A stretch of DNA of 64,000 nucleotides from Desulfatiglandales bacterium (GCA_963662465.1 OY759599.1:2720001-2784000), one strand, 5' to 3'; positions 22,350 through 32,658 are shown, counted from the first letter of the stretch. Numbers and translations: made by a program. Notes: generated by a model from the letters alone, not told the origin.

Positions 22350-23513
22350 GTGGAAAAGGATGAACAAGCTTATATCAAATTGCAGCACCATTTAGACCGT
22401 CAGGCGGTAGGATTCCCCGCCACAAAGTCAGGTTCCGAAATAAGAATTCTAAAGCACATTTTTACACCCGAAGAGGCTGAGATCGCCACATGTTTGACCT
22501 ACAAGTTTGAACCGCTTGAAACGGTATTCGAAAGAGCCGGACATTTAGTTGAATCACCGGAAAAACTATCGGAGCTGCTTGAAGGTATTGAAGAAAAGGG
22601 AGGGATTGAATCAAAAACGAAAGGCGGCAAAAGGCTTTATTGTAATGCCCCCCTTGTTGTGGGGATGTACGAATATCAACTCGGCAAACTCACGCCGGAG
22701 TTCATAAAAGATTTTGATGAATACACATCGGACAGAAAATTTGGAGTAGAATTTCTTAGTACGAAACTCCCGCAGATGCGTACCATTCCGATTGCCAAAA
22801 GTATCCAGCCGCAACATAATGTCAGTACATTCGATGAAGTGGCGGTGCTAATGCAACAGGCTGAAGCACCTTTTGCCATCTTAGAATGCATATGCCGCCA
22901 AAAAAAGACCTTACTCGGCAAACCTTGTCAAGTTACAGACCGAAAAGAAACTTGCCTTGCCGTTTCCAGCATCGCCCAAGCTACCCTGCGAAGCGGTATC
23001 GGAAGAGAAATTACGCTGGATGAGGCAATGTCCATCCTTGAACAAAATCAAAAACAGGGATTGGTTCTTCAACCATCCAATACGGAAAAGGCCGAGTTCA
23101 TTTGTTCATGTTGCGGATGCTGCTGCGGGATGCTCGGTATGCATAAAAACTTACCTAAACCGGTAGATTTCTGGGCTTCAAATTTTTATGCCGTGGTCGA
23201 TACCGGTGCATGTGATGGATGTGGCAATTGTGAAAAGCGCTGCCAAGTCGGAGCGGCAAGCGTATCCGAAAAGGCGCGGAAAAGCGAGATAGACCTGAAC
23301 CGTTGTATCGGATGCGGGTTATGTGTGCCCACGTGCCCCAAAAAAGCCATATCCCTGCGGAAAAAGGCCACTGAAGTCAGACCACCCCAAACCAGGGAAG
23401 ACCTTTACGACATTATTATGTCCCATAAGAAGGGGAGGTTAGGAAAACTAAAAGTGACCGGGAAGCTGCTTGTTGATGCAATCCGAACGGGACAGACCCA
23501 TTTGCTTAAATAG
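22350..23513 (+). CDS. 4Fe-4S dicluster ferredoxin-domain protein
   Basis: CICR, ETCL, ICSCCGCCCG, CDGCGNCEKRC, CIGCGLCVPTCP; GTG start with GAGGAGG RBS. Confidence 0.88.
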   Translation: MEKDEQAYIKLQHHLDRQAVGFPATKSGSEIRILKHIFTPEEAEIATCLTYKFEPLETVFERAGHLVESPEKLSELLEGIEEKGGIESKTKGGKRLYCNAPLVVGMYEYQLGKLTPEFIKDFDEYTSDRKFGVEFLSTKLPQMRTIPIAKSIQPQHNVSTFDEVAVLMQQAEAPFAILECICRQKKTLLGKPCQVTDRKETCLAVSSIAQATLRSGIGREITLDEAMSILEQNQKQGLVLQPSNTEKAEFICSCCGCCCGMLGMHKNLPKPVDFWASNFYAVVDTGACDGCGNCEKRCQVGAASVSEKARKSEIDLNRCIGCGLCVPTCPKKAISLRKKATEVRPPQTREDLYDIIMSHKKGRLGKLKVTGKLLVDAIRTGQTHLLK

Positions 23514-23619
23514 CGCCTGAACGAAAACCTCGTTCAGGCGCGGTTTTAGGTTTTAAGTTTTAAGTAAAAAAACCGAAATCATATCATCTAGTTTTAAATT
23601 TCCAACGAAAATTGGAAAA
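23511..23619 (+). repeat. MITE-like repeat family A, copy lacking the right end
   Basis: TAGCGCCTGAACGAAAA hairpin, (GTTTTAA)n, CATATCATCTAGTT and AACGAAAATTGGAAAA, collinear with 28161-28275. Confidence 0.8.
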
Positions 23620-24768
23620 CTATTGCGGCTTAAGTCCCAGGTTTCGGCTCACGATCAACTTCATGATCTCGCTGGTGCCCGCGAAAATGGACAGGGACCG
23701 CACATCCCGGGAAATGCGACAAATCCGGTATTCTTCCATGTAACCATACCCACCATGAATCTGAACCGCCTGGTAGGCCACCCGGTTCACCATTTCCCCC
23801 AGCCAGTATTTGGCCATGGACACTTCCTGCACAATGTCTTTTCCCTGGATGTGGTTGAAAATGAGCTTATCCAGGAAGACCCGGCCCAGTTTCACATCGG
23901 TGGCCATTTCCGCCAGAACAAAGGCGGTATTCTGGAAATTGCCGATAATGCGACCAAAGGCTTCCCGGGTTTTAGCGTATGCCAGACCTTCTTTAAAAGC
24001 CTCCTCGGCATTCACCTGGCATTTGATGCAGACTTCCAACCGCTCCCGCTGGAGCTTCTCCATCATGTATTTGAAGCCCTTGTTCTCTTCGCCCAGAAGA
24101 TTGCTTGCGGGAACCCGGCAATCCTCAAAGAACAGTTCGGCCGTGTCCTGCATGTGATAGCCCATCTTCTCCAGTTTTCTGCCCCGGGAAAACCCCGGCG
24201 TATCCTTGTCCACCAGAATCAGGCTGATTCCCCGGTGCCCGGCTTCCGGGTTCGTTTTCACCGCCACAATGACAAGATCCGCAAAATAGCCGTTGGTGAT
24301 GAAGGTTTTCTGGCCGTTGATCACGTAAGAATCCCCATCCCGGACTGCTCGGGTGCGAATGGCCGCCAGATCCGAACCCGTATTGGGTTCCGTGAGCCCG
24401 ATGGCCGTAATCACTTCTCCTGATGCACAACCGGGAAGCCACCGCTCTTTTGCGGCGTCGTTTGCGTAACTGAAGACATAGGGGGTGGCCACATCGCTGT
24501 GAAGGGGAACGCCAACGCCGAAACCATCCCCACGGATCAATTCTTCGTTTAAGATCACCGAATATTCAAATCCCAGATCCAATCCGCCGTATTTTTCCGG
24601 CAGCCACGGACAGAGAAAGCCATACTCACCCATTTTAAGCCAGAGTTCCCTCGGCACGGCCCGATCTTCCTCCCATTGGGGCACAAAGGGGGTGATCTCC
24701 TTTGCCACAAATTTCCTTAAGGTGTCTCGAAAAATTTCATGCTCTTCCGTGTACAGTGATTCCATCAT
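23620..24768 (-). CDS. Acyl-CoA dehydrogenase
   Basis: AIGLTEPNTGSD, NGQKTFITNG, DTAELFFED, QIHGGYGY, IFAGTSEIMK. Confidence 0.95.
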   Translation of the reverse strand: MMESLYTEEHEIFRDTLRKFVAKEITPFVPQWEEDRAVPRELWLKMGEYGFLCPWLPEKYGGLDLGFEYSVILNEELIRGDGFGVGVPLHSDVATPYVFSYANDAAKERWLPGCASGEVITAIGLTEPNTGSDLAAIRTRAVRDGDSYVINGQKTFITNGYFADLVIVAVKTNPEAGHRGISLILVDKDTPGFSRGRKLEKMGYHMQDTAELFFEDCRVPASNLLGEENKGFKYMMEKLQRERLEVCIKCQVNAEEAFKEGLAYAKTREAFGRIIGNFQNTAFVLAEMATDVKLGRVFLDKLIFNHIQGKDIVQEVSMAKYWLGEMVNRVAYQAVQIHGGYGYMEEYRICRISRDVRSLSIFAGTSEIMKLIVSRNLGLKPQ

Positions 24769-26264
24769 GACATCCCTTTCAACAATTCTTTTTTAATATC
24801 GCGCTTCAACACTTTTCCCGCATGGCTTTTGGGCATTTCATCCACGATCATATAGGCTTTGGGCGCCTTGAAGGCCGACAGGCGCTCTTTGAGAAACGCT
24901 TTAAATTGAACGGGGTCAATCACCTGACCCGGCTTGGGGACGATGACCGCCACCACACGCTCACCGTATTCCGCATCGGGAAGGCCCAGCACCGCGCATT
25001 CCTGCACTTCGGGCCGGGTGTACAACAGTTCCTCCACTTCGCGGGGATAGACATTTTCGCCGCCCGTAATCACCAGGTCTTTCAGGCGATCCACAATGTA
25101 CAGATACCCTTTTTTGTCCAGGACGCCGATGTCTCCCGATCGAAACCAGTCATCCCAGAATGCCGCAGCCGTTTCTTCAGGGCGGTTGAGGTAGGCCTTC
25201 ATGATATTGGGCCCTCGAATACAGATTTCCCCCTCTTCTTCGGGTCCCAGAATATTGCCGTCGAGCCCTCTGATCTGCACTTCCACCAGATTCGCCGGCG
25301 TTCCCACAGAACCCACCACATGCTGGTAATAATGGTTGAAGGTCACCATGGAAGCGCTCTCCGTCATGCCGTAGGCTTCATGGATATCCAGCCCCATGCG
25401 GGTCTTCCACTCACGAACCAGTTCGGCGGCCATGCTGGCGGCCGCGGAAAAGCAATAGCGAACACTCTGCATCCGTTCTTTGAGATGGTCGAGGGCCAGC
25501 ATCCGAATGTAAACCGTGGGCACCGAATAAAATTTAGTGACATGGTGCATCCCAATAGCCGCCAGTGCACGATCCATATCGAAGCCGGGCTGAAGAACAA
25601 TGGAGCCGCCGCTGAACACCGTGGCGCCCATGATATGGACCTGTGCAAACACATGGTTCAACGGCAGGAAACAGAGGCAGCGATCCTTCTGGGTACTCCG
25701 TTCAGAAAACGAAACGTTCTGGTAGGAGGTCTGCAAATTTTCATGGGACAGCAGAACCCCTTTTGAAACCCCGGTGGTGCCTCCCGTATAAAGGATGACA
25801 GCAGGCGCATGGCGATCCCGGTACACGACGGAAAAATCCGGAGAACCCATTTCAAGGAGCCTGGCCATGCAGGTTTCAGCAGCGGGCGCCACCAGATATT
25901 CCAGGCCCATTTCTTCCTTGAACGCCTCCAGCTGGGACAGATGATCATCGGTTGTAAAAATAGCCTTGGGACGACAATCCATCAGGGTGGCGCGGGCCTC
26001 GTCCGGGGTCAGGGCGCTTGAAAGGGTGGCGGCCCGTGCGCCCATCTTCAACGCGCCGAAATAAAAGACCAGCCATTCATAGGAATTGGGCGCAAACAAG
26101 GCCACAGTATCCCCGGGGGAGAGGCCCAATTGCCCGAGTGCCCCCGCCACGCGGTTTGCGTCTCGGTTGAGGGTGTCGTAGGATATCTTTCGATCGTCCT
26201 CAATGACAGCCGTGGATTCAGGAAAACAGTTTGCCGTTCGTTCCAGATTGGTCGCAATATTCAC
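24765..26264 (-). CDS. AMP-forming acyl-CoA ligase
   Basis: YTGGTTGVSKG, EAYGMTE, SGDIG, DRLKDLVITGGENVYP, terminal GKVLK. Confidence 0.95.
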   Translation of the reverse strand: MNIATNLERTANCFPESTAVIEDDRKISYDTLNRDANRVAGALGQLGLSPGDTVALFAPNSYEWLVFYFGALKMGARAATLSSALTPDEARATLMDCRPKAIFTTDDHLSQLEAFKEEMGLEYLVAPAAETCMARLLEMGSPDFSVVYRDRHAPAVILYTGGTTGVSKGVLLSHENLQTSYQNVSFSERSTQKDRCLCFLPLNHVFAQVHIMGATVFSGGSIVLQPGFDMDRALAAIGMHHVTKFYSVPTVYIRMLALDHLKERMQSVRYCFSAAASMAAELVREWKTRMGLDIHEAYGMTESASMVTFNHYYQHVVGSVGTPANLVEVQIRGLDGNILGPEEEGEICIRGPNIMKAYLNRPEETAAAFWDDWFRSGDIGVLDKKGYLYIVDRLKDLVITGGENVYPREVEELLYTRPEVQECAVLGLPDAEYGERVVAVIVPKPGQVIDPVQFKAFLKERLSAFKAPKAYMIVDEMPKSHAGKVLKRDIKKELLKGMS

Positions 26265-26301
26265 AATGCAGCCTCCTTCATATTTTTCTTAATCGATCTC
26301 A

Positions 26302-27594
26302 CTAGACCTGGCCGAACAACAAATTCGGCACCGCAGTTGAAAGCCAGGGAATAAAGGTAATGACAAAAAGCGCCACAATATAGACCATCAACGTGGGAAT
26401 AATGGCGCGGGCCACGAACACGAAATCCTTCTGGGTGATGGCAGAGGCCGTATACAGAAGGATGCCCAGCGGGGGTGTGATATACCCAATGCCCAGCGCC
26501 ACGGTGATGACCAGACACATGTGTATGGGATCGATGCCGAACTGTGCTGAAATGGGCATCAGGATGGGAACCAGAATCATGATGGCGCCGATGGGATCGA
26601 TAAACGTTCCCACCAGCAACAGCAACAGATTGGTAAATATCATGAACACCACCATATTGGGTATATATTGGATGGAAAAATCCAGAATCCGTTCCGGAAT
26701 GCCCTGAATGGTAATGTATTCCGACAAAACGCCGGCCCCGGATACGGTGATGACCAGAGCGCCGCTGATCAACCCGCTGGATACAATCAACCGGTAGAAA
26801 TCCTTTATTTTAATGGTCCGATAAATGCAGACTTCGATGATCAGCGCCATGACGCAAGACACAACCGATGCTTCCGTAATGGTGAACGCGCCGGAATAGA
26901 TGCCCGCAAAAAGGACCACCACGATCAGACCGGGCAAAAACGCATGCCAGCCGGTCTTAAAAAGTCCTTTTGGGTCAAACCGTTCCATGGCTGATTTCCC
27001 CAACCCCTTTTGAACGGATACCACATAGGTGTACAGGCAAAGGGCTATAACGATGAGCAAACTCGGCAGATAACCGGCGGCAAACAACCGCACCACGGAC
27101 TGACCGGCGGTCAGGGCGCAGATAATCATAATGATGCTGGGGGGTACGATAATCCCCAGGATGGCGGAACTGGTGACCAGACCGATGGAAAACTTTTTGG
27201 GATATTGACAACGATCCAGGTGAGGAAACATGACGCCGCCGATGGTGACCACAGTGGAAATGCTCGACCCTGAAAGAGCGCCGAAGACCGCCGAACTGAT
27301 GACGCTGGTAATGGCCAATCCCCCCGGAAGCCACGAGACCAACTTCATGGCAAACCGGATGAGCCGATCCGCGGATTCTCCGTGGACCATGATGCCCCCC
27401 AGCAGAATGAAAAAAGGGATGGCCAGAAGGGAAAAGTTTTCCAGCTTTTTCACAAAGGTCTGCGCCACAAAGCTCAGTTCGAGATCCGTAAAAATGAGCA
27501 AACCCAAAAATCCCGTCAGGAAGAGGCTGATGTAAATGGGCATGCGCAGGAAAAGCAGCCCCAGCAAAATCAACAGGATGACCAGGATTTCCAT
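26302..27594 (-). CDS. dctM: TRAP transporter large permease
   Basis: LLAIPFFIL.G, FGALSGSS, LGIIVPPSI, GIDPIH, ITPPLG. Confidence 0.93.
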   Translation of the reverse strand: MEILVILLILLGLLFLRMPIYISLFLTGFLGLLIFTDLELSFVAQTFVKKLENFSLLAIPFFILLGGIMVHGESADRLIRFAMKLVSWLPGGLAITSVISSAVFGALSGSSISTVVTIGGVMFPHLDRCQYPKKFSIGLVTSSAILGIIVPPSIIMIICALTAGQSVVRLFAAGYLPSLLIVIALCLYTYVVSVQKGLGKSAMERFDPKGLFKTGWHAFLPGLIVVVLFAGIYSGAFTITEASVVSCVMALIIEVCIYRTIKIKDFYRLIVSSGLISGALVITVSGAGVLSEYITIQGIPERILDFSIQYIPNMVVFMIFTNLLLLLVGTFIDPIGAIMILVPILMPISAQFGIDPIHMCLVITVALGIGYITPPLGILLYTASAITQKDFVFVARAIIPTLMVYIVALFVITFIPWLSTAVPNLLFGQV

Positions 27595-27597
27595 AGC

Positions 27598-28092
27598 TTA
27601 CCTCCCCTTCCGAAAGAGTTTCATCAGGCATTCAATGGTTCGAATGCCCATAATAAGCCCCAGAAACGGCAGCATGCTGAAGATCAGATAAACGGGTATT
27701 CGAATAATAGGAGAATAGGTCTGCATATCGTACTCCACCAGAACGAAATTCCACCCCGTTACGATGAATATAATGCACACCGCCAGTCGTACACAGTGAA
27801 GCAGCAGATCAAGTCCGAATCCCCATTCCGGGAACCGTTCATACAGGGCGTTGACTTTCAATTCCGAGTTGTCTTTGACGGATGCGCTGGCGCCCAGGAA
27901 TGTCATGAAGATAAACAGATAAGTGGTAAGTTCATCGGGCCAGGAAAGAGGCCTCTTAAAGATATATCGGGTCAAAATACCGAGAGTCAAAGCTGTCAGG
28001 ATAAAGGTAAAGCACGAAAAAATCCCCCATCTTTCAATCCGGTCCAGAAAGGCGCTAAATTTCTCCATGGGTATTTTCCTCAGATGGTTCAA
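27598..28092 (-). CDS. dctQ: TRAP transporter small permease
   Basis: RYIF..PLSWPDEL..YLFI...FLGA; four TM segments; start may be ATG 28068. Confidence 0.9.
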   Translation of the reverse strand: MNHLRKIPMEKFSAFLDRIERWGIFSCFTFILTALTLGILTRYIFKRPLSWPDELTTYLFIFMTFLGASASVKDNSELKVNALYERFPEWGFGLDLLLHCVRLAVCIIFIVTGWNFVLVEYDMQTYSPIIRIPVYLIFSMLPFLGLIMGIRTIECLMKLFRKGR

Positions 28093-28112
28093 TCAGGCGT
28101 TTTATTCCAATT

Positions 28113-28150
28113 TGGACGGACCCACATGGGTGTCTTAGCGGGTCCGTCCA
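28113..28150. terminator. Intercistronic hairpin between dctP and dctQ
   Basis: TGGACGGACCC-N16-GGGTCCGTCCA 11-bp perfect stem. Confidence 0.55.
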
Positions 28151-28162
28151 CAAGCTTACATA

Positions 28163-28303
28163 GTGCCTGAACGAAAAAGCCGTTCAGGCACGGTTTTAAG
28201 TTTTAGGTTTTAAGTTTTAAGTGAAAAAACGGAACCATATCATCTAGTTGTAAATATCTAACGAAAATTGGAAAATGATGTTTAGATATTTTCGTTCAGG
28301 CAC
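28163..28303. mobile_element. Complete 141-bp MITE-like element (family A)
   Basis: 15-bp perfect terminal inverted repeats GTGCCTGAACGAAAA/TTTTCGTTCAGGCAC flanked by TACATA direct repeats (28157-28162, 28304-28309). Confidence 0.78.
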
Positions 28304-29301
28304 TACATACCCGAAGTAAAGGATACCACTTTATCCAGCCATGCTTTGCCGATTTCCGATTCAAATTCTTTCCAGACGGTCATCTCCGCCTGTTTGAATT
28401 TGTCCATTTCTTCCGGTGAAAGTTGAATCACATCCACGCCCTTTGCTTTCAAGGCCGCCGGCGCCTCCTGGGTGAGTTTCATGCTGGCAGCCCGGGCCTT
28501 TTCAAAATTTCGGTGAATGCTGCCGAAAATGATGTCGCGCGCCTTGGGATCCAATTTCTGATACCATTTTTCGTTGACCACCAGGAAAAACAAGCCCACC
28601 ATATGGTTTGTTTCCGTAAAGTTTTTACAGACATCGGCCAGGCGGAGTCGGGCCACATTCAGGGTCTGGTCCGTGCCATCCACAACCCCCTGTTTCAAGG
28701 CCGGAAAAACGTCGCCCCAGGACAGGGGAACCGGGTTAACGCCTAACGCTTTCCAGAAGGCCACGGGATAACGGGCCTGGGTGGTGCGCATCTTCATGGA
28801 TTTCAGATCAGCAAGGGTATGGATGGGTTTGGTGGAGACCAGTCCGTAAATACCGAAATAGGCCACATCCACCACCCGCAACCCCTTGGGAACCAGGGAA
28901 CTGAACAATTCCTCCCGCAATGCATCGTTTTTCAGTAAAGAATTCCATTTCTCATAGGAGTTCATGCAATAGGCCAGGGTGCCGATCCCGAATTTTGAGT
29001 CCAAATCCGGCGCGTAGTTGCCGGTTAAAAATCCCGCCTGCAATGTCCCCATGCGGACCTTTTTGACGATTTCGATGGTACTCCCCATCTGTTTGCTGTG
29101 AAAATATTTGCACTTGACGACGCCCTTGGCATTTTCCTTGAGGTCCTTTTCAATCCAAACCCCCACCTGGGCGCCCGGTTCATTGGGTGGAATGAAGTGT
29201 GCAAACTTAAATGAAACACTCTTGGCCTGAGCGCCGCCGCTGAGAACCATCACCAGGGCCGCAACCATAAACATGTTAAACACAAACCGACTTTTTTTCA
29301 T
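28303..29301 (-). CDS. dctP: TRAP transporter substrate-binding protein
   Basis: Signal peptide ending AQA; DLKSMKMRT, LGVNPVPLSWGDVFPALKQGVVDG. Confidence 0.93.
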   Translation of the reverse strand: MKKSRFVFNMFMVAALVMVLSGGAQAKSVSFKFAHFIPPNEPGAQVGVWIEKDLKENAKGVVKCKYFHSKQMGSTIEIVKKVRMGTLQAGFLTGNYAPDLDSKFGIGTLAYCMNSYEKWNSLLKNDALREELFSSLVPKGLRVVDVAYFGIYGLVSTKPIHTLADLKSMKMRTTQARYPVAFWKALGVNPVPLSWGDVFPALKQGVVDGTDQTLNVARLRLADVCKNFTETNHMVGLFFLVVNEKWYQKLDPKARDIIFGSIHRNFEKARAASMKLTQEAPAALKAKGVDVIQLSPEEMDKFKQAEMTVWKEFESEIGKAWLDKVVSFTSGM

Positions 29302-29474
29302 CCTTTTCTCCTTTCGTTGGAAAAAAAATTAATCTTTGGGCAAAGGCCCACTCATAAACCAACCTCATGATGCTATGCAATTCTCTAAAATGTTTCTTAA
29401 CGAATCATACGTTTCCAAGGGTATCACATGATTCATGAAATCTATTTTAAATTTGATTGATCGGAAGGTAATAT

Positions 29475-29619
29475 TACTGTACGATCGGTAGAATTTTTTT
29501 TATCACCTCCAGATGATGTTGTCAATATTTTTTTAGAAAAAGATGCCAATATGTTTTCACCTCCAAAATTCATTTGACAAAATAATTGTTCGGCAAGTAT
29601 GTTTACCTAACGATCGGTA
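29475..29619. promoter_or_regulatory. Divergent promoters with two TetR-type operator palindromes
   Basis: TACTGTACGATCGGTA (29475-29490) and TACCTAACGATCGGTA (29604-29619); TTGACA on minus strand at 29525-29520 and on plus strand at 29574-29579. Confidence 0.65.
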
Positions 29620-29684
29620 GAAAATATTTTTCATAACATAAACCTCTTTTTTTAGATTACATTAGATTCAATCGGGAGAATGCC

Positions 29685-30296
29685 ATGCTGAAATCATATC
29701 GAGAAAAAGAAAAGGAGCGACGTCGGGCCACCGTTTATGGAACGGCCACCAAGATTCTCTGCAATCTTGGATATGAAAAAGCCTCCATCCGGAACATCGC
29801 CGAGGCCATGGGGATGACGAAGGCGGGACTTTATTACTACTTTGACAGCAAGGAAGATTTGTTATACCAAATTCTCGACAGCTATATGGACGATCTCCTG
29901 ACCGGCATTCAGGACATCGCGGAACGGATTACAGACCCTCTTTCTTTTCTTCGAGAATGCATTCGCTTTCAGGTGAACCTGTATTGCAGGGACAAATACC
30001 GGAGCAAGCTGATTATTCACGATGAAAATTGTTTGAACGGCCGATACTACCAGGCGCTGAAGGAAAAACAGCGCACCTATCTGTCCTACTGGCGAGAAGG
30101 ACTTTTGAAGTTCTGCGAACAGGAAGGGATAGAAACCGGCAATCTATCTGTGGATGTACATTTCCTGGTGGGGATGTGCAACTGGACCTACCAGTGGTAC
30201 AACGCCAAAGGCGAGGTGGATCCGGATGCCCTTGCGGATCGCATTTTCAGTATTTTCTTCTATGGGTTCAAAGACTGCACTGCCAACCACGCCTGA
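29685..30296 (+). CDS. TetR family regulator (KstR2-like C-terminus)
   Basis: GYEKASIRNIAEAMGMTKAGLYYYFDSKEDLL; GMCNWTYQWY. Confidence 0.93.
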   Translation: MLKSYREKEKERRRATVYGTATKILCNLGYEKASIRNIAEAMGMTKAGLYYYFDSKEDLLYQILDSYMDDLLTGIQDIAERITDPLSFLRECIRFQVNLYCRDKYRSKLIIHDENCLNGRYYQALKEKQRTYLSYWREGLLKFCEQEGIETGNLSVDVHFLVGMCNWTYQWYNAKGEVDPDALADRIFSIFFYGFKDCTANHA

Positions 30297-31339
30297 AACA
30301 ATTTGAAACCGAGGGACAAAACAACGGCCCCGAGAAACAAACCGATAATACCGCTGAACATGAATCCCCCGAGAGCGCCGATAAACACCACCAGCATGGG
30401 AACGGACGCCCCCCGTCCCATCAGAAGCGGCTTCAGAAACGAATCGCACAACCCCACCAGGAGGCTCCAGATGGCGAATACGACCGCCGGCGCCGTACTG
30501 GCCGCATAAAAAACATAGATGATGATCGGACCCAGAACCAGTATGGTGGGAAGCTGGATCACCGCAAGAATCAGGACCAGCAGCGCCCACAAACCGGCCG
30601 CCGGCACACCTATTACCAGACAGCCGATGCCGGCCAGGATGGCCTGAATGACGGCCACCCCCAGAATGCCCCTGGAAACACTGCGTACCGTCGCACCGGA
30701 CAGCGCCACAAATTCCATACCCCTTTCCCCGGCCAGACGGACGGCAATGGCCCTGGCTACCTGAATGCCGGTTTCGCTACTGGCCAAAAGCACTCCGGAA
30801 ATTACAATGGCCACCACGAATTTTATAACGCTGAATCCCGTACCGGCCGCCTTGTTCAAAAGCCACAGGGCAAATATCTTGATCTGGGGAGCGATTTTAA
30901 CCAGGGCGGCAAAGATATTTTCCGATGACAACCGCCAGAAATTGTAAAGGCTTTCGCCAATGACAGGCCAGTGTTTAATCCCTTCGGGAGCCACGGGAAT
31001 TTTCAGGGTGCCGTTCGAGATACCGGAGGAAAGCTTTTCCGCCGTATCCACAAGGGATCCCACAAACAACACGCTGGGCGCCAGGAGAATCAGCAGGAGA
31101 AGAAGCACGACCAGGGTAGCCGCCGGCTTGTTTCGGTTTCCCATGGCCGAAACAAACAGCCGGTAAACCGGTGAAACGCCGATGGCAATGATGATGCCCC
31201 AGAAAAAGATCTCGATAAAAGGCTCTGCAATCTTGAAACACCAGAATAAAAGCAGCAGCACCAGGCCCACATGAATGGTGACTTCCATGGCCCTGGATAC
31301 GAGGACATTACGATCGGAAGGATCATCTGAAGCGTTCAA
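30260..31339 (-). CDS. AI-2E family transporter
   Basis: Highly hydrophobic; DSFLKPLLMGRG...VFIGALGG...GIIGLFLGAV; TTG start with GGAGG RBS. Confidence 0.9.
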   Translation of the reverse strand: MNASDDPSDRNVLVSRAMEVTIHVGLVLLLLFWCFKIAEPFIEIFFWGIIIAIGVSPVYRLFVSAMGNRNKPAATLVVLLLLLILLAPSVLFVGSLVDTAEKLSSGISNGTLKIPVAPEGIKHWPVIGESLYNFWRLSSENIFAALVKIAPQIKIFALWLLNKAAGTGFSVIKFVVAIVISGVLLASSETGIQVARAIAVRLAGERGMEFVALSGATVRSVSRGILGVAVIQAILAGIGCLVIGVPAAGLWALLVLILAVIQLPTILVLGPIIIYVFYAASTAPAVVFAIWSLLVGLCDSFLKPLLMGRGASVPMLVVFIGALGGFMFSGIIGLFLGAVVLSLGFKLFQAWLAVQSLNP

Positions 31340-31354
31340 AAGGCAGCCTCCATG

Positions 31355-31470
31355 TTATAGTTGCGCGATCATCTCCCCAAGCGCGTTAAGATGGGCTTTT
31401 TCATCGTCCGCGATCCGTTGCGGAAGCAACCTGTTTTTTTCATTTTCCACATGTCCCGCCTCTTTCCGGA
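31355..31470 (-). pseudogene. C-terminal remnant of a ferritin/rubrerythrin-like gene
   Basis: Manual translation ...HVENEKNRLLPQRIADDEKAHLNALGEMIAQL* contains an ExxH helix; no convincing start. Confidence 0.45.
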
Positions 31471-32658
31471 TTACTGCGCAGGCAATGCCGCGGCAATTTT
31501 CTTTCCCAGGACCGCACATGCGGCCAATCCATTTTCATCAGGCACATACTGGAGTTTGACCCCGGGATCAATGACGTCAAATTTCATTTCTTCCAAGGCC
31601 TTCTGCACAATTTTAACGGACTCACCACTCCATCCGAAGGAGCCGAAGGGGGCTGCAATCTTGTTTAAGGGTTTCAATCCCTTCATGTAGGTCAAAAAAT
31701 CGGCGACTGTGGGAAAAATACCGTTGTTGAATGTAGGAGACCCCACAATAATGGCGCCGGCATCCAGGACTTCCGTCATAATGTCGCTTCGGTGGCAACG
31801 CCGCAAATGCATGGGTTTGGCATCCACCCCTTCATCGATCAAAGCACCGACAATGGTTTCAGCCATGGCCTCGGTGCTGTGCCACATGGTATCGTAAATC
31901 ACCAGCGCTTTTCGCCTGGGTTCCTGTTTGCTCAATGCCACATAGGTATTGATGATTTTTCCGGGATCCTTTCGCCAGATGATGCCGTGGTCCGGGCAGA
32001 TGGTGTCTATGGCAAGACCCATTTGTGTTACAGCGTCCACCAATTTTAAAACAAGCGGCGCGTACGGCAGCAGAATGTTCGCGAAATATTTTCTCACATG
32101 GGGGAAAATATCGTCGCCGATCTGGTCGTCAAATTTTGCGGGGCCCGCGTAATGCTGTCCAAAAGCATCGCTTGAAAACAGCAACTTGTCTTCATTCACA
32201 TAGGTAAACATGCTGTCCGGCCAGTGCAGCATCCGGGTTTCCATGAAGGTGAGGGTTCTTTTGCCCAATGACAGGGTTTGAAGGTTTTCAACGGGCTGAT
32301 AATTCCACTTCTGCTGAAAATGCTTTGACAGATTTTTCTGCCCCATTTTGGAACAGTACAGGGGTTTGTCTTCCCCGATTCTGTGCATGACCCGGGGCAG
32401 ACTGCTGGAATGATCCATCTCCGTGTGGTTGCTGATCATAACATCGATTTTTTTGGGGTCCACAATGGCGCTGATATTGGCCAGGAGCTGATCCCCAAAC
32501 TCTTTTTTGACCGTATCGATGAGGGTAATTTTGTCATCCAGGATTAAATAGGCGTTATAGGTTGTGCCCTGATAAGTGGAATACCCATGAAAATCCCTGA
32601 TGTTCCAATCAGCGACGCCCACACCAAAAATTCCTTCCGCTATTTTGACTGGTTCCAT
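31471..32658 (-). CDS. fprA: Flavodiiron protein (A-type flavoprotein)
   Basis: GTTYNAY, NHTEMDH, HWPDS, SSDAFG, PDHG; flavodoxin domain YDTMWHST, GSPT, FGSFGW. Confidence 0.95.
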   Translation of the reverse strand: MEPVKIAEGIFGVGVADWNIRDFHGYSTYQGTTYNAYLILDDKITLIDTVKKEFGDQLLANISAIVDPKKIDVMISNHTEMDHSSSLPRVMHRIGEDKPLYCSKMGQKNLSKHFQQKWNYQPVENLQTLSLGKRTLTFMETRMLHWPDSMFTYVNEDKLLFSSDAFGQHYAGPAKFDDQIGDDIFPHVRKYFANILLPYAPLVLKLVDAVTQMGLAIDTICPDHGIIWRKDPGKIINTYVALSKQEPRRKALVIYDTMWHSTEAMAETIVGALIDEGVDAKPMHLRRCHRSDIMTEVLDAGAIIVGSPTFNNGIFPTVADFLTYMKGLKPLNKIAAPFGSFGWSGESVKIVQKALEEMKFDVIDPGVKLQYVPDENGLAACAVLGKKIAAALPAQ

